A stretch of 64,000 bases of DNA, from positions 5,856,001 to 5,920,000 of the forward strand of contig OY970303.1 in the NCBI GenBank assembly GCA_963716255.1. The letters run 5' to 3'. Within the stretch, counting starts at the first letter, position 1; the number at the start of each line of letters is the position of its first letter. This document shows, one piece after another, positions 42,202 through 55,665 of the stretch. The notes beneath the pieces are model-generated. The model made no database searches and was not told where the DNA came from. It saw only the letters and a list, made by a program, of their open reading frames with translations. A program made the translations under genes and the position numbers. Source of the DNA: an uncultured Gemmatimonadales bacterium. GTDB taxonomy: Bacteria > Gemmatimonadota > Gemmatimonadetes > Longimicrobiales > Longimicrobiaceae.

Positions 42202-43395
42202 TCACCCGAGAATGCCTCCAGGACCGGCAGCCCCGGATGCCGGAGTGCGGCGAGGATCGGCGGGTGGGGCCTGGCTCGTGAAGCGAGTGATCTCGAACGG
42301 GGTCAGGTCCATCCCGGTGGGACGGCCCAGCACCATCTCTCCCACGGCTTTGCCGGTGAGCGGCGCCAGCAGGATGCCGTTGCGGAAGTGGCCGGTGGCG
42401 TAGAACAGGTTGGCGACGTCGGGGTCCGGGCCGAGCACCGGCAGGTCGTCCGGGGTGCCGGGGCGCAGGCCGGACCAGCTTTCCACCAGCGGCAGCCCGC
42501 CGATCCAGGGGGCGATCTCCGCGGCGCCCGCGAGGACGGCGCCCAGCCCCGCGGGCGTGACCGCCTTCCGCCAGACGCCGCGCTCGGTCGTGGCGCCCGC
42601 GATCAGCCGCCCGTCGGCCCGGGGGACGAGGTAGCAGCGAGGCGTGTCGACGCAGTGCCGGAAGCGCTGCGGGACCACGGAAACGGCGGCGATCTGCCCG
42701 TGCACCGGGTGGACGGGGAGGGGGCGCGGGAGCCCCGGCAGGCAGCCGGTCCAGCACCCCGCCGCCAGCACCACCGCGTCCGCCCGCACCCGCTCCCCGC
42801 CCGCGAGCTCCACCCCCGCGAGCCGCCCGCCGGACCCCGTCAGACGCTCCACCGCCGTGCCCGCGCTCACCTCCGCCCCGGCGCGCCGGGCCGCCGCGCA
42901 CAGCGCGCGGGCCATCTCCCGGTTGTCCACCTGGTGGTCGCCCGGGAAGAGGAGCGCCCGGCGCACCTCCGGGGTGATTCCCGGCTCCAGCGCCCGCGCC
43001 TCCTCCGCCGTCAGCCGCTCGGCGGGGAGCCCCGCGGCGGACTGCCAGGCGAACCGCCGCTCCATCGCCTCCACGTCCGCGTCGGTCAGGGCGAGCGACA
43101 GCGTCCCCGCGTCCGAGTAGCCGATGTCGATGCCGGTCTCTTCCAGCATGGCGGCGGCAAAGGCGGGATACATCGCACGCCCGCGGAGCAGGAGATCCAG
43201 GAAGGGCCCCGGTCCGTCCGCCTCCACCAGCGGCGCGAGCCACCCCGCGGCAGCCCAGGACGCCTCCGCCCCCGGCTCGCCGCGCTCCAGCACCCGCACC
43301 CGCGCGCCGCTCAGCGCCAGGTGCCGCGCCACGGCCAGCCCGATCACCCCCGCGCCGACCACCACCACGTCCGGCGACCCGGAACGCACGCTCAC
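42202..43395 (-). CDS. thiO: Glycine oxidase ThiO-like FAD oxidoreductase
   Basis: GAGVIG, ASWAAAG, YLVPR, GLRPGTPD, GHFRNGILLAP. Confidence 0.88.
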   Translation of the reverse strand: MSVRSGSPDVVVVGAGVIGLAVARHLALSGARVRVLERGEPGAEASWAAAGWLAPLVEADGPGPFLDLLLRGRAMYPAFAAAMLEETGIDIGYSDAGTLSLALTDADVEAMERRFAWQSAAGLPAERLTAEEARALEPGITPEVRRALLFPGDHQVDNREMARALCAAARRAGAEVSAGTAVERLTGSGGRLAGVELAGGERVRADAVVLAAGCWTGCLPGLPRPLPVHPVHGQIAAVSVVPQRFRHCVDTPRCYLVPRADGRLIAGATTERGVWRKAVTPAGLGAVLAGAAEIAPWIGGLPLVESWSGLRPGTPDDLPVLGPDPDVANLFYATGHFRNGILLAPLTGKAVGEMVLGRPTGMDLTPFEITRFTSQAPPADPRRTPASGAAGPGGILG

Positions 43396-43429
43396 GAGGC
43401 GGCCCCGGGTGCGATCCGCCGGCCGCCGC

Positions 43430-43655
43430 GCCCCCCATCTCCCCGGCCCCCTTCCCCCGCGAGCGAGGGAAGGGGGAGCACGACAGTGTGCAGGCGATTG
43501 TCTGCGTCCGCAGGGCGCCCCCACCCGGCTCGCCTCAGGCTCGCCACCCTCCCCCGATTCTGGGGGAGGACTGCCTGAGCCTCGATTTCCTGTGCGCGGT
43601 CGACCGCTCTCTCGCTCGCGGGGGAGGGGTGGCGCGCAGCGCCGGGGTGGGGGGC
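43430..43655. repeat. Cluster of family-3 REP-like hairpins
   Basis: Three CCC(T/C)C(T/C)CCC...GGG(A/G)GAGG-type hairpins in alternating orientation next to family-1 copy 7. Confidence 0.55.
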
Positions 43656-43680
43656 CCTGGCGGACGCCAGCGCGAGACCC

Positions 43681-43817
43681 GCGTGAGGGATACCGGCCCG
43701 TTTGAAGGGGCGCGAGTATCGCCGCGGGCAGTTTCGCGGGGCTCGACTCCGTTGGGCTGCGTCGTTTGCAGCCCTACGGAGCCGCAGCCCGATCCCGGCG
43801 CAGCCGGGGGCACGCCC
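43681..43817 (+). repeat. Structured intergenic repeat family 1, copy 7 (diverged 5' half)
   Basis: Stem GGGCTGC-GTCGTTT-GCAGCCC; ends conserved. Confidence 0.85.
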
Positions 43818-43852
43818 AACCCCGCCGTCCAGGCCGTCCAAAGCCGTTGCCG

Positions 43853-44887
43853 TCATCCGTCGGCCGCATCGGAGGCAAGGTAGGCCAGGAACAGGCGCGC
43901 GGTGGCCTCCACGTCGGCCGGGTCCACGGCCTCGAACGGCGAGTGCGAGTAGCGGATGGGCGGCGCCACCAGCGCGGTCTCGATTCCCTGGCGCAGCAGG
44001 GTGGCGCCGTCCGAGTTGTAGTGGTAGAAGATGGCGTCCTGCACCGGCAGCCCCTCCCGCCGCGCGGTGTCGTGCAGTTCCGCGATCAGCCGGCGGGAGT
44101 AGTGGGCCGAGGTGTCGCGGTGCACCAGCGCGGGCCCGCCGCCCAGCCGCACCGGGAGGTGCTCGGGCGAGACGGTGGGCGTGTCGCCGGCGATGCCGTT
44201 GTCCACGATGAAGCCCACGTCGAATTCGCGCCCGCCTCGCGCCAGGCTGGCCGCGCCCAGAAGCCCGATCTCCTCCTGCACGGTGGCCGCCAGCGTCAGG
44301 TCGAAGCGCAGCCGCGCCCGGTCGACGCGGCGCGCGACCTCCACCAGCACCGCGATCCCCAGCCGGTCGTCCATGGCCTTGCCCACCAGCAGCCGGCCCA
44401 CGCGCCGCACGCCGGGGTCCCAGACGATCCGCGTCCCCACCCGGATTCCCGCCCCGGCCGCCTCGGCGGCGCTCATCCCCACGTCCACGAACACGTCGTC
44501 CCACCCCAGCCGGTGGCGCTCGCGCTGCTCCAGGGTGAGGGCGTGCCCGGTGGTGGTGGCGAGGATCCCGGGGAGGTGCCCGGAGCCGGCGAGGACGCGC
44601 AGCGGCGCGCCGAAGAAGTACGGGGTGGGAAAGTGGTCGCGCTCGCCGGGGAGCACGCGCAGGAAGCCCTCCGGGGTGACGGAGCGCACGATGAGCGACA
44701 GCTCGTCGGCGTGGGCGGCCACCAGCACGCGCGGGCCGGGGCCGGGAATGCGCAGGAGGAGGTTGCCCACCGGGGTGCGGACCAGCTCGCCGCGGCCCTC
44801 CCACTCCGCCGCCAGCCAGTCCAGGACGGCGTCCTCCTCGCCGGTGGGGCCGGGGAGGGCGGACAGGGTGCGAAGCAGCTCCTCCAT
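43853..44887 (-). CDS. M42-family aminopeptidase
   Basis: AAHADE, GKAMDDRLG, TVQEEIG, RYSHSP. Confidence 0.88.
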   Translation of the reverse strand: MEELLRTLSALPGPTGEEDAVLDWLAAEWEGRGELVRTPVGNLLLRIPGPGPRVLVAAHADELSLIVRSVTPEGFLRVLPGERDHFPTPYFFGAPLRVLAGSGHLPGILATTTGHALTLEQRERHRLGWDDVFVDVGMSAAEAAGAGIRVGTRIVWDPGVRRVGRLLVGKAMDDRLGIAVLVEVARRVDRARLRFDLTLAATVQEEIGLLGAASLARGGREFDVGFIVDNGIAGDTPTVSPEHLPVRLGGGPALVHRDTSAHYSRRLIAELHDTARREGLPVQDAIFYHYNSDGATLLRQGIETALVAPPIRYSHSPFEAVDPADVEATARLFLAYLASDAADG

Positions 44888-45444
44888 CACGCCTCGTCGG
44901 CCGGGGAGGCCGGCACCCGTCCCACGCCCTGGGCGAGGTAGTCGCGCGACAGCTCCACGTAGTGCGCAGCGCTGTGGGTCACCCACCCCAGCGAGGCGCC
45001 CTCCAGCTCCTTCTTGACCCGGGCCGGGGCGCCGGCCGCGAGGTGCCGCGCGGGGACCTCGGCCCCGTCGCCCACCACCGAGCCGGCCGCCACCAGCGCC
45101 CGGCCGCCCACCGTGGCGCCCTGGAGGACCACGGCGTTCATCCCGATCAGCGCCCCGTCGCCCACGGTGCAGCTTTCCAGGACGGCGCCGTGCCCCACCG
45201 TGACGTCCTCGCCGATGACGGTGGGGCCGCGGGCGCTCACGTGGATCACGCAGTTGTCCTGGATGCTGGTGCGCGCCCCGATGCGGATCTCGTGGTCCGG
45301 CTCGTCGCCGCGCAGCACCGCGCCGAACCAGATGCTCGCCTCGGCCCCCACCGTGACGTTGCCGATCACCGTGGCGCCGGGCGCCACGAAGGCGGTGGGG
45401 TGGATCCGCGGCCACACGCCGCCGAAGGGAAGGATGTTCGCCAT
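44887..45444 (-). CDS. Gamma carbonic anhydrase family (YrdA-like) protein
   Basis: Hexapeptide repeats, AVLRGD, IQDNCVIH, TVGHGAVL. Confidence 0.9.
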   Translation of the reverse strand: MANILPFGGVWPRIHPTAFVAPGATVIGNVTVGAEASIWFGAVLRGDEPDHEIRIGARTSIQDNCVIHVSARGPTVIGEDVTVGHGAVLESCTVGDGALIGMNAVVLQGATVGGRALVAAGSVVGDGAEVPARHLAAGAPARVKKELEGASLGWVTHSAAHYVELSRDYLAQGVGRVPASPADEA

Positions 45445-45468
45445 GTGTCGTCGCCCGCTCCGGTTCTG

Positions 45469-46434
45469 CTACTCGGACAGGATGGCGGCCAGGAGAGCCG
45501 CGTCGATGTTGCCGCCGCTCACCACCGCCGCGACGGGGCCGCGGAGGCCGGGGACGGCGCCCTCCAGCAGGGCGGCCGCGGCCACCGCCGCGGAGGCCTC
45601 GGCGACGACCCCCTCCTCCACGTACAGCTGGCGGATGGCGCGGCGCACCGCGTCCTCGCTCACCAGCACCACCTCGTCCACCACGCGCCTGGCCAGCTCC
45701 AGGGCGCGCCCGTCGATGTCGCCGGAGAGCCCCTCGCAAAGCGTGGGAAGCACCGCGGGCGAGCGCAGCTCCCCTGCGGCCAGGGAGTCGTGCAGGGCGG
45801 TGGTCGCCTCCGTCTGCACCCCCACCACGCGGACGCCGCGCCCCAGCGCCCGCGCGACCACGCCGATGCCGCCCACCAGCCCGCCGCCCCCCGCGGGGAC
45901 CACCAGCGTGCGCACCTCCGGCAGCTCGGCGAACAATTCCAGCCCCACGGTGCCCTGCCCGGCGACCACGTGGAAGTCGCTGAAGGCGTTGACGAAGGGC
46001 AGCCCGGTCCCGCGGGCGTGCTCCTCGCCGGCGTGGTGCGCCTCGTCGTAGCCGCCGGGGACCTCGTGCAGCTGGGCGCCGAAGCGCGAGATGCGCCGCC
46101 GCTTGGTGGCCGCCGCGGTTGCGGGGACGAACACGCTCGCCGGGACGCCGAGGGCGCGCGCGGCCCACGCCACGGCCATCCCGTGGTTCCCCGCCGAGGC
46201 GGTGACCACGCCGCGGGCGCGGGCCTCCGGCGGGAGCACGGCGAGCGCGTTCACGGCGCCGCGCAGCTTGAAGGCCCCGGTGCGCTGCAGGTTTTCCAGC
46301 TTGAGGTAGACCTCGGCGCCCGTCCGCTCGCCCAGCCAGTGGCTGCGCTCCAGCGGGGTCCGCCGCGCGATCCCGTCCACCCGCCGCGCCGCGGCGAGCA
46401 CGTCCGTCACTCCCGGGAACTCACCCGCGCCCAT
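45469..46434 (-). CDS. Threonine/serine dehydratase (PLP)
   Basis: KLENLQRTGAFKLRGA, ASAGNHG, GGGGL, SGGNID; no regulatory domain. Confidence 0.9.
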   Translation of the reverse strand: MGAGEFPGVTDVLAAARRVDGIARRTPLERSHWLGERTGAEVYLKLENLQRTGAFKLRGAVNALAVLPPEARARGVVTASAGNHGMAVAWAARALGVPASVFVPATAAATKRRRISRFGAQLHEVPGGYDEAHHAGEEHARGTGLPFVNAFSDFHVVAGQGTVGLELFAELPEVRTLVVPAGGGGLVGGIGVVARALGRGVRVVGVQTEATTALHDSLAAGELRSPAVLPTLCEGLSGDIDGRALELARRVVDEVVLVSEDAVRRAIRQLYVEEGVVAEASAAVAAAALLEGAVPGLRGPVAAVVSGGNIDAALLAAILSE

Positions 46435-47287
46435 CGCTCCTCCCGTCGTCCGCGTCCGCCTCCACCACGTGCGGCCGGGTGAGCCGCACCCGCAGCACCT
46501 GGGTCTCGGAGGCGTCCTCCACCCGGATGCGCACCCCCTCGCGCTCGAACTCGGCGCCGACGCGGGGAACGTAGCCCAGCTCCTCCAGCACGTAGCCGTT
46601 GACGGAGCGGTGTTCCAGCTGCGGGAAGCCGGTGTTGAAGAAGTGGTTGATCTCCCGCAGGTCGGCGTAGCCCTCGGCGAGCACCTCGACGCGCGACACG
46701 CGGACGATGGGCTGCTCCTCCACGTCGGTCTCGTCCACGATCTCGCCCACCAGTTCCTCCAGGATGTCCTCCAGCGTCACCAGCCCGTCGGTCCCCCCGT
46801 ACTCGTCGATCACCACCCCCATGTGGATGCGGCGCGACTGGAAGTCGCTCAGCAGCTTGAGGAGGGCGACGCTCCCGGGGACGAAGAAGGGCTCGCGGGC
46901 CAGCTCCCCCAGCGTCACGTCGCGCTGCCCGGAGACGAGCGCCTGGTACGCCTCGCGGGTGTAGAGCACCCCCACCACGTCGTCGATCCCCCCGCGGAAG
47001 ACGGGGACGCGCGAGTAGCGCACCGCGGGGAGCTGCGGCGCCAGCTCGGCCAGCGTCATGCTGGCGGGCCAGGCCAGCATGTCCACGCGCGGCGTCATCA
47101 CGTCCCAGGCGCGGGTGGAGCCCAGCCGCAGCACCCGGTCGATCATCTGCCGCTCGCGCTCGGCCAGCTCCGCCGCGGCCGGGCGCGGGGGCTCGGCGCC
47201 GGAGCGCTCCTCGCGCCGGGCGTCGTCGCCGGGGCGCGGCCACGGGCCGCGGAGCCGTCGCAGCAGGCGGCGGAGGAGCTCCGTCAT
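46421..47287 (-). CDS. CorC/HlyC-family CBS-domain protein
   Basis: DVMTPRVDM, YSRVPV, VIDEYGGTDGLVTLEDILEELVGEI. Confidence 0.88.
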   Translation of the reverse strand: MTELLRRLLRRLRGPWPRPGDDARREERSGAEPPRPAAAELAERERQMIDRVLRLGSTRAWDVMTPRVDMLAWPASMTLAELAPQLPAVRYSRVPVFRGGIDDVVGVLYTREAYQALVSGQRDVTLGELAREPFFVPGSVALLKLLSDFQSRRIHMGVVIDEYGGTDGLVTLEDILEELVGEIVDETDVEEQPIVRVSRVEVLAEGYADLREINHFFNTGFPQLEHRSVNGYVLEELGYVPRVGAEFEREGVRIRVEDASETQVLRVRLTRPHVVEADADDGRSDGRG

Positions 47288-47466
47288 GGGCGTGGCGGGG
47301 CCGTACGGGCGCGGCGGCACGCGTCTCGCGGCGGGCGGGGCGCCGCGTCGGCGGAGGGTGCGGAAGGGCGGGGCAGGGAGGGGCGCGCGGCGGCGCGGGG
47401 CCGCGGGGGCGCGCCGCCGGGAGGGCGGCGTTGCGGGCCGGTGTCCACGGGCGGGCGGGGCGCGGA

Positions 47467-47904
47467 TCAGGGGAGCCGGAACGCCGCCCGCTGCTCCGCC
47501 CGCCGGCCGGCGGCGGTCAGGAAGCCGCGGGCGACGAGCTCGCCGCCGGTGCCCGCGGGGACGCGCCAGCTCCCCTCGAAAGCGCGCGTCTCGCCCGGGG
47601 CGAGCCGGTCGCTGCGGAGCGCCTGCGTGAACACGCGGTCCGCCGACCAGCGCCACAGCTCGACCCCGGCGCGCGACACCACGAAGTCGTGGGTCTGCCC
47701 CGAGGGGAACTCCAGCTCCACGGGGGCGCTCCCGGCGTTGGTCACCTGCAGCGCGAAGCTCACGCTGTCGGCGAAGGCCGCCACCTGCAGCGAGGAGACC
47801 AGGGGGTCGGCGCCGCGGGCGGCGGGAGCGGTCCCGGCGGCCGCGCAGGCGGCGGACAGGGCCGCGGCCAGCGCGAGCAGCATGCGGGCGAGGGGCTGGA
47901 GCAT
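47467..47904 (-). CDS. Lipoprotein with BsuPI-like proteinase-inhibitor domain
   Basis: SAAC lipobox; LEFPSGQTHDFVV, WRWSADRVFTQA, LAPGE. Confidence 0.7.
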   Translation of the reverse strand: MLQPLARMLLALAAALSAACAAAGTAPAARGADPLVSSLQVAAFADSVSFALQVTNAGSAPVELEFPSGQTHDFVVSRAGVELWRWSADRVFTQALRSDRLAPGETRAFEGSWRVPAGTGGELVARGFLTAAGRRAEQRAAFRLP

Positions 47905-48066
47905 TCTGGGTCTGGACGCCACGGCGGAGGTGCGGACGACACCCGCCCGTGAGGTGCGGCGGGGGCCGGAGCGGGCGCACGGGGCCCGGATCCACCCGGA
48001 ATCGCAAGATAGAAGCCGTGCGTCGGGAGCGTCAAGCAGCCCCGCCGGCGGACCCTTTTCGGAAGC

Positions 48067-48095
48067 TTGCGAAAAAATTCACAAGCTCCTATATT
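48067..48095 (+). promoter_or_regulatory. sigma70 promoter of the atp operon
   Basis: TTGCGA-N17-TATATT in an AT-rich patch. Confidence 0.6.
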
Positions 48096-48126
48096 GCCCG
48101 CTCGGATGCCCAGCCAAGGAGGCCCG

Positions 48127-48396
48127 ATGGCCCAGCAGGATCGAGGTCCGCAGCAGAGCCGCCCCCCCGCGAACCGCGGGGCCGAGTTCGCGGGCGTAGG
48201 GCTGCAGCTCGCCGGGTCCATCCTGCTTTTCCTGTTCCTGGGGCAGTGGGCGGACCGGCGCCTGGGCACCGGGCCCTGGCTCCTCCTGATCGGGGTGTTC
48301 GTGGGCTTCGGGCTGGGCTTCTGGGCCATGTACCGGAAGATGGTGGTGCTCCCCCGCGACGAGGAGCTCCGCCGCAGGCGGGGGGAGGAGCCGTGA
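48127..48396 (+). CDS. AtpZ/AtpI-family membrane protein
   Basis: AAGGAGG RBS; GQWADRRLGTGPW motif; first gene of atp operon. Confidence 0.85.
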   Translation: MAQQDRGPQQSRPPANRGAEFAGVGLQLAGSILLFLFLGQWADRRLGTGPWLLLIGVFVGFGLGFWAMYRKMVVLPRDEELRRRRGEEP

Positions 48397-48755
48397 CCCG
48401 GCTGGCGTTCCCCGCCACGGTGCTGGTGATCGGGGCGGCGGTGCTGGGGATCGGGTGGGCAACGGCGGAGGGGGCGGGGCGCACGGCGGTGGCGGTCGGG
48501 GTTGGGATCGGGGTGCTCTTCCAGCTCGCGGTCTTCGCGCTGACCGAGCTGCTGCTCCGCGACAAGCGGCTGGTCGCCTTCGGGGTGGGAATGATCGGGC
48601 GGTTCGCGCTGGTGGCCTTCACGGCGCTGGTGCTCCTCCGCCTCACGGGGCTCCCGGCCGCCCCCCTGCTCTTCGCGCTGGTGGGGACGCTGTTCGGGAC
48701 GACGCTGGTGGAACCGGTTCTCTTTGCGGCCGACAAACGGAACAAGCCTTCATGA
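48393..48755 (+). CDS. ATP synthase protein I-like membrane protein
   Basis: Four hydrophobic segments; GTGA/ATGA overlaps with both neighbours. Confidence 0.7.
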   Translation: MTRLAFPATVLVIGAAVLGIGWATAEGAGRTAVAVGVGIGVLFQLAVFALTELLLRDKRLVAFGVGMIGRFALVAFTALVLLRLTGLPAAPLLFALVGTLFGTTLVEPVLFAADKRNKPS

Positions 48756-49714
48756 TCGGTAGAATCGCACTCCTGCTGGCCCTCGTGGCCGCGAACCCGC
48801 TGGCGGCGCAGCACGGCGCCCCGGCGGAGCGCGCGCTCCAGCCCGCCTCGCCGCAGGTGGAAGCCGCCGCCGGTGGGCACCTCAAGGAAGAAGAGGGGCA
48901 CGGCGACGGCATCGACTTCATGCACCACATCCTGGACTCGCGCGAGATCGAGCTCCCGGGTACGGTCCTGCACCTCCCCGCGGAGGGCTCGTGGATGGTG
49001 GGCGGCATCGACATGACGCCCACCAAGCACGTGGTGTTCCTGGGGATCGCGGCGCTCCTGACGCTCCTGGTGCTGCTCTTCGGCGCGTCCAGGGCCGGCC
49101 GGGCGAGCGAGGGGCGCACCAGCGGCAAGCCCCACAACGCCATCGAGGCGGTGGTGCTCTTCATCCGCGACCAGGTGGTGATGCCCAACGTGGGGCACGG
49201 CGGGGAGAAGTTCGCCCCGTTCGTGATCACGCTGTTCTTCTTCATCCTGTTCGCCAACCTGCTGGGCCTGATCCCCTACGGCTCCACCGCCACGGCCAAC
49301 ATCTCGGTCACCGCCGCGCTGGCGCTGATGAGCTTCGTCGTCGTGGAGGTGGGCGGCATGGTGGCGCTCGGGCCCCGCGGGTACCTGGGCACCATCTTCT
49401 TCGTCCCCAAGGGGATGAACCCGGTGGCCGCGTGGGCCATGGCGATCGCGCTCGCGCCGGTGGAGGCCATGGGCAAGATCACCAAGCCCATCGCGCTCGC
49501 CATCCGTCTCATGGCGAACATGACGGCGGGGCACATCGTGCTGCTCGCCATCATCTCGCTGATCTTCGTCTTCGGCAGCTTCGCGATCGCGGTGGCTCCG
49601 GTGCTGATGGGCGTGGCGATCACTTTCCTGGAGATCTTCGTGTCGCTTCTCCAGGCGTACATCTTCGCCATGCTGACCAGCGTGTTCATCGGGCTGATGC
49701 GGCACGCGCACTGA
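48752..49714 (+). CDS. atpB: ATP synthase Fo subunit a
   Basis: NLLGLIP, ALAIRLMANMTAGH, LQAYIF. Confidence 0.95.
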   Translation: MIGRIALLLALVAANPLAAQHGAPAERALQPASPQVEAAAGGHLKEEEGHGDGIDFMHHILDSREIELPGTVLHLPAEGSWMVGGIDMTPTKHVVFLGIAALLTLLVLLFGASRAGRASEGRTSGKPHNAIEAVVLFIRDQVVMPNVGHGGEKFAPFVITLFFFILFANLLGLIPYGSTATANISVTAALALMSFVVVEVGGMVALGPRGYLGTIFFVPKGMNPVAAWAMAIALAPVEAMGKITKPIALAIRLMANMTAGHIVLLAIISLIFVFGSFAIAVAPVLMGVAITFLEIFVSLLQAYIFAMLTSVFIGLMRHAH

Positions 49715-49912
49715 TCGCGGAAGGATAGCAGGCAGGGCAGCGCGGGGCCCCTCGCCCGCGCCGGCGGAGACTGCTCCCCTCCGTCGTACAGTACCCGGAC
49801 ATGGGCTTCCGGGGAGGGCGCGCGGCGGCGACGCCGACAGGCGCCCGCGGTCCCGGTCGGGGCCGCTCGGAGCAGTGCCCGACACCTTTTCGCTCCAGCA
49901 ACGGAGACATCC

Positions 49913-50182
49913 ATGATGCAGGTTGAAGCGGCAAACGCGTTCCTGAACAACGGCCTCCTCGGCGCGGCCATCGGCGCCGGCCTCGCCGTCATCGGCGCCG
50001 GCATCGGCATCGGCCTCATCGGCTCGCGGGCGATGGACGGCATGGCCCGCCAGCCCGAGATCGCCGGCAACATCCAGACGGCGGCGCTGATCCTCGCGGC
50101 CTTCGTCGAGGGCGCGACGCTGTTCGCCATCGTGGTGGCGTTCCTGATCCAGCAGGGCGTGCTGGCCGCGGTCGCCGGCTGA
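49913..50182 (+). CDS. atpE: ATP synthase Fo subunit c
   Basis: GxGxG helix, ARQPE loop, proton-binding Glu (FVEG). Confidence 0.95.
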   Translation: MMQVEAANAFLNNGLLGAAIGAGLAVIGAGIGIGLIGSRAMDGMARQPEIAGNIQTAALILAAFVEGATLFAIVVAFLIQQGVLAAVAG

Positions 50183-50251
50183 TCCTGTGCGGGCGCCGCG
50201 GGGGAGCTTCCTCCGCGGCGCCCGACTGAACTTCTACTCGGCAGACACATC

Positions 50252-50833
50252 ATGCGTCGCTTGCTCTTTCTGCTTCCGGCCCTGATCCTCGGCTCCGCGG
50301 CGCCCGCGTACGCGGCCGAGGGGGGCGGGCTCCTCTCGGTCAACGAGGGGCTGATCGTCTGGACGATCCTGATCTTTTTGATCGTCTTCGCGGTCCTTGC
50401 CAAGTTCGCCTTCCCCAAGATCCTGGGGGCGGTCGAGGCGCGCGAGCAGCACCTGGCCGAGCTGGCCACGACGGCCGAGCGCGACCGCGCCGAGGCCGCC
50501 ACGCTCCTGGAGCAGACCCGGCGGGAGATGGAAGAGACCCGCGCCCGGATCCAGGCCGCCATCGCCGAGAGCCGCACCGAGGTGGAGCGGATGAAGGCCG
50601 ACATCCTCGCCGACGCGCGCCGCGAGCAGGAGGAGATGATGCTCCGCGCCCGCCGCGACATCGCCTCGGAGCGCGCCGCCGCCCTGGACACCGTGCGCCG
50701 CGACGCCGTGGACCTGGCGATCGCCGCCGCCGAGAAGCTGGTGCGCCGCAACCTGGACGGCGAAGACAATCGCAGGCTGGTCCGCGAGTTCCTGGGGCAG
50801 GCGTCCGGCGCCGCCGTCCCGGCCGGAGTCTGA
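50252..50833 (+). CDS. atpF: ATP synthase Fo subunit b
   Basis: TM helix then coiled coil; operon position. Confidence 0.92.
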   Translation: MRRLLFLLPALILGSAAPAYAAEGGGLLSVNEGLIVWTILIFLIVFAVLAKFAFPKILGAVEAREQHLAELATTAERDRAEAATLLEQTRREMEETRARIQAAIAESRTEVERMKADILADARREQEEMMLRARRDIASERAAALDTVRRDAVDLAIAAAEKLVRRNLDGEDNRRLVREFLGQASGAAVPAGV

Positions 50834-50836
50834 CCG

Positions 50837-51412
50837 GTGCGCGCCCAGGCCATCGCCCGGAACTACGCGGACACGCTCCTCGCCCTGGCCGAGCGCCACG
50901 GCGGGCGGGCGACCGCGGAGGAGTTCCTCCGGGCCATCGAGGACCTCGCCGCGCTGCTGGAAAGCGAGCCGCGGGTCCGCCAGTTCCTGGAGACCCCCCG
51001 CGTGACCGGCGCGCAGAAGCAGCAGGCGCTGCGCGCCTCGCTCGCGGGGCGCGTCCCCGAGCTCTTCCTCCGCTTCGCGCTGGTGGTGCTGGAGAAGGGG
51101 CGCCAGTCGCTTTTCCGCGAGATCGCCCTGGCGTACCGCGACCGCGTGGACGAGATGCTCGGCCGGGTGCGGGTGGACATCCAGATCTCGCACGAGCCCG
51201 ACGCCGCGCTCCGCGAGGAGATCGTGCGCGGGCTGGAGACCCGGCTGGGAAGAACGGTGATCCCGGAGTTCACCGTGGATCCCGGCCTGCTGGGCGGGAT
51301 GATCGTCCGGCTGGGCGACGAGATCCTGGACGGCTCCATCCGGAGCCGCGCGGCCGGCCTCCGGCGGCGGCTCATGGACGCGCAGATGCCGGCCCTCGCC
51401 GCGGCGGGGTGA
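50837..51412 (+). CDS. atpH: ATP synthase F1 delta
   Basis: IARNYA, VDPGLLGG, DGSI. Confidence 0.92.
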   Translation: MRAQAIARNYADTLLALAERHGGRATAEEFLRAIEDLAALLESEPRVRQFLETPRVTGAQKQQALRASLAGRVPELFLRFALVVLEKGRQSLFREIALAYRDRVDEMLGRVRVDIQISHEPDAALREEIVRGLETRLGRTVIPEFTVDPGLLGGMIVRLGDEILDGSIRSRAAGLRRRLMDAQMPALAAAG

Positions 51413-51560
51413 GCGGACACGGGCGGCGGGCGGACGCGCGGAACCGCGCGACCCGCCGCCGGTACAGGGGCACGGCAACGTAACCGGTTTCGGTTCGGGG
51501 AGTTAACCCAGGCAAACGGCCACGTCCAGCGACCCCGCTGGACCGGAAAAGGATAAAGAG

Positions 51561-53255
<1,695 letters not shown>

Positions 53256-53287
53256 GCGGCCGCCGCACACGCTAGAGGCGAGGAGCC

Positions 53288-54157
53288 ATGGCCAAAGGAA
53301 GAGAGCTCAAGGGGCGGATCCGATCGGTCCAGAACACGCGCAAGATCACCCGGACGATGGAGATGGTCGCCACGTCCAAGCTCAAGCGCGCCCAGGACCG
53401 CGTGGCCGCCGCCCGGCCTTACGCGGAGCAGCTCGGCGACGTCATCCAGCGCCTCCTGACCCCGGAGCTGGCGACGCGCTACCCGCTGCTCCGGCAGCCG
53501 GAGCAGGTGCGCCGCGCCGCGGTGCTCCTGCTCACCTCCAACCGCGGCCTGGCCGGCGGCTTCAACGCCAACCTGATCCGCGAGGCCCGCACCCTGGTGC
53601 GCGACCTGCGCGGCCGGGGGGTGGAGGTGGAGATGCACATCGCCGGCAAGAAGGGGATCTCGTTCTTCCGCTTCCAGGGGGAGAACCTCCGCGCGGCCGT
53701 CGCCGACATCGGCGACCGGCCGTCCGCGGCCGATGCCGAGCGGCTGGTGAACCAGCTGATGGACGACTTCACCGCGGGCACGCTGGACGCGGTGTACGTG
53801 GTGTACGCCAAGTTCAACTCGGCGCTCTCCACCCCGCCCACCACCATGCAGCTCCTCCCCGTGCCGTCGCCGGCGGCGGGCGAGCGCAGCGGGGGCGGCG
53901 TGGACTACATCTTGGAGCCCTCGGCGGACGAGATCCTGAACCGGATCCTCCCGCTGTACGTGAGGAACGGGGTGTACCGCGCGCTGGTGGAGACCTCCGC
54001 CGCAGAGCAGGGCGCGCGGCGGACCGCGATGAAGAACGCCACCGACAACGCCGGCGACATCCTGGAAGCGCTCACGCGGACCTACAACCGCGTCCGCCAG
54101 GCTGCGATCACGCAGGAGATCGCCGAGATCGTCGGCGGTGCCGCGGCGCTCGAATGA
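53288..54157 (+). CDS. atpG: ATP synthase F1 gamma
   Basis: KITRTMEMVA, RGLAGGFN, RQAAITQEIAEIVGGA. Confidence 0.97.
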   Translation: MAKGRELKGRIRSVQNTRKITRTMEMVATSKLKRAQDRVAAARPYAEQLGDVIQRLLTPELATRYPLLRQPEQVRRAAVLLLTSNRGLAGGFNANLIREARTLVRDLRGRGVEVEMHIAGKKGISFFRFQGENLRAAVADIGDRPSAADAERLVNQLMDDFTAGTLDAVYVVYAKFNSALSTPPTTMQLLPVPSPAAGERSGGGVDYILEPSADEILNRILPLYVRNGVYRALVETSAAEQGARRTAMKNATDNAGDILEALTRTYNRVRQAAITQEIAEIVGGAAALE

Positions 54158-54186
54158 GACCGAACCCAGACCAAGGAGAACGATAA

Positions 54187-55664
<1,478 letters not shown>

Positions 55665-55665
<1 letters not shown>

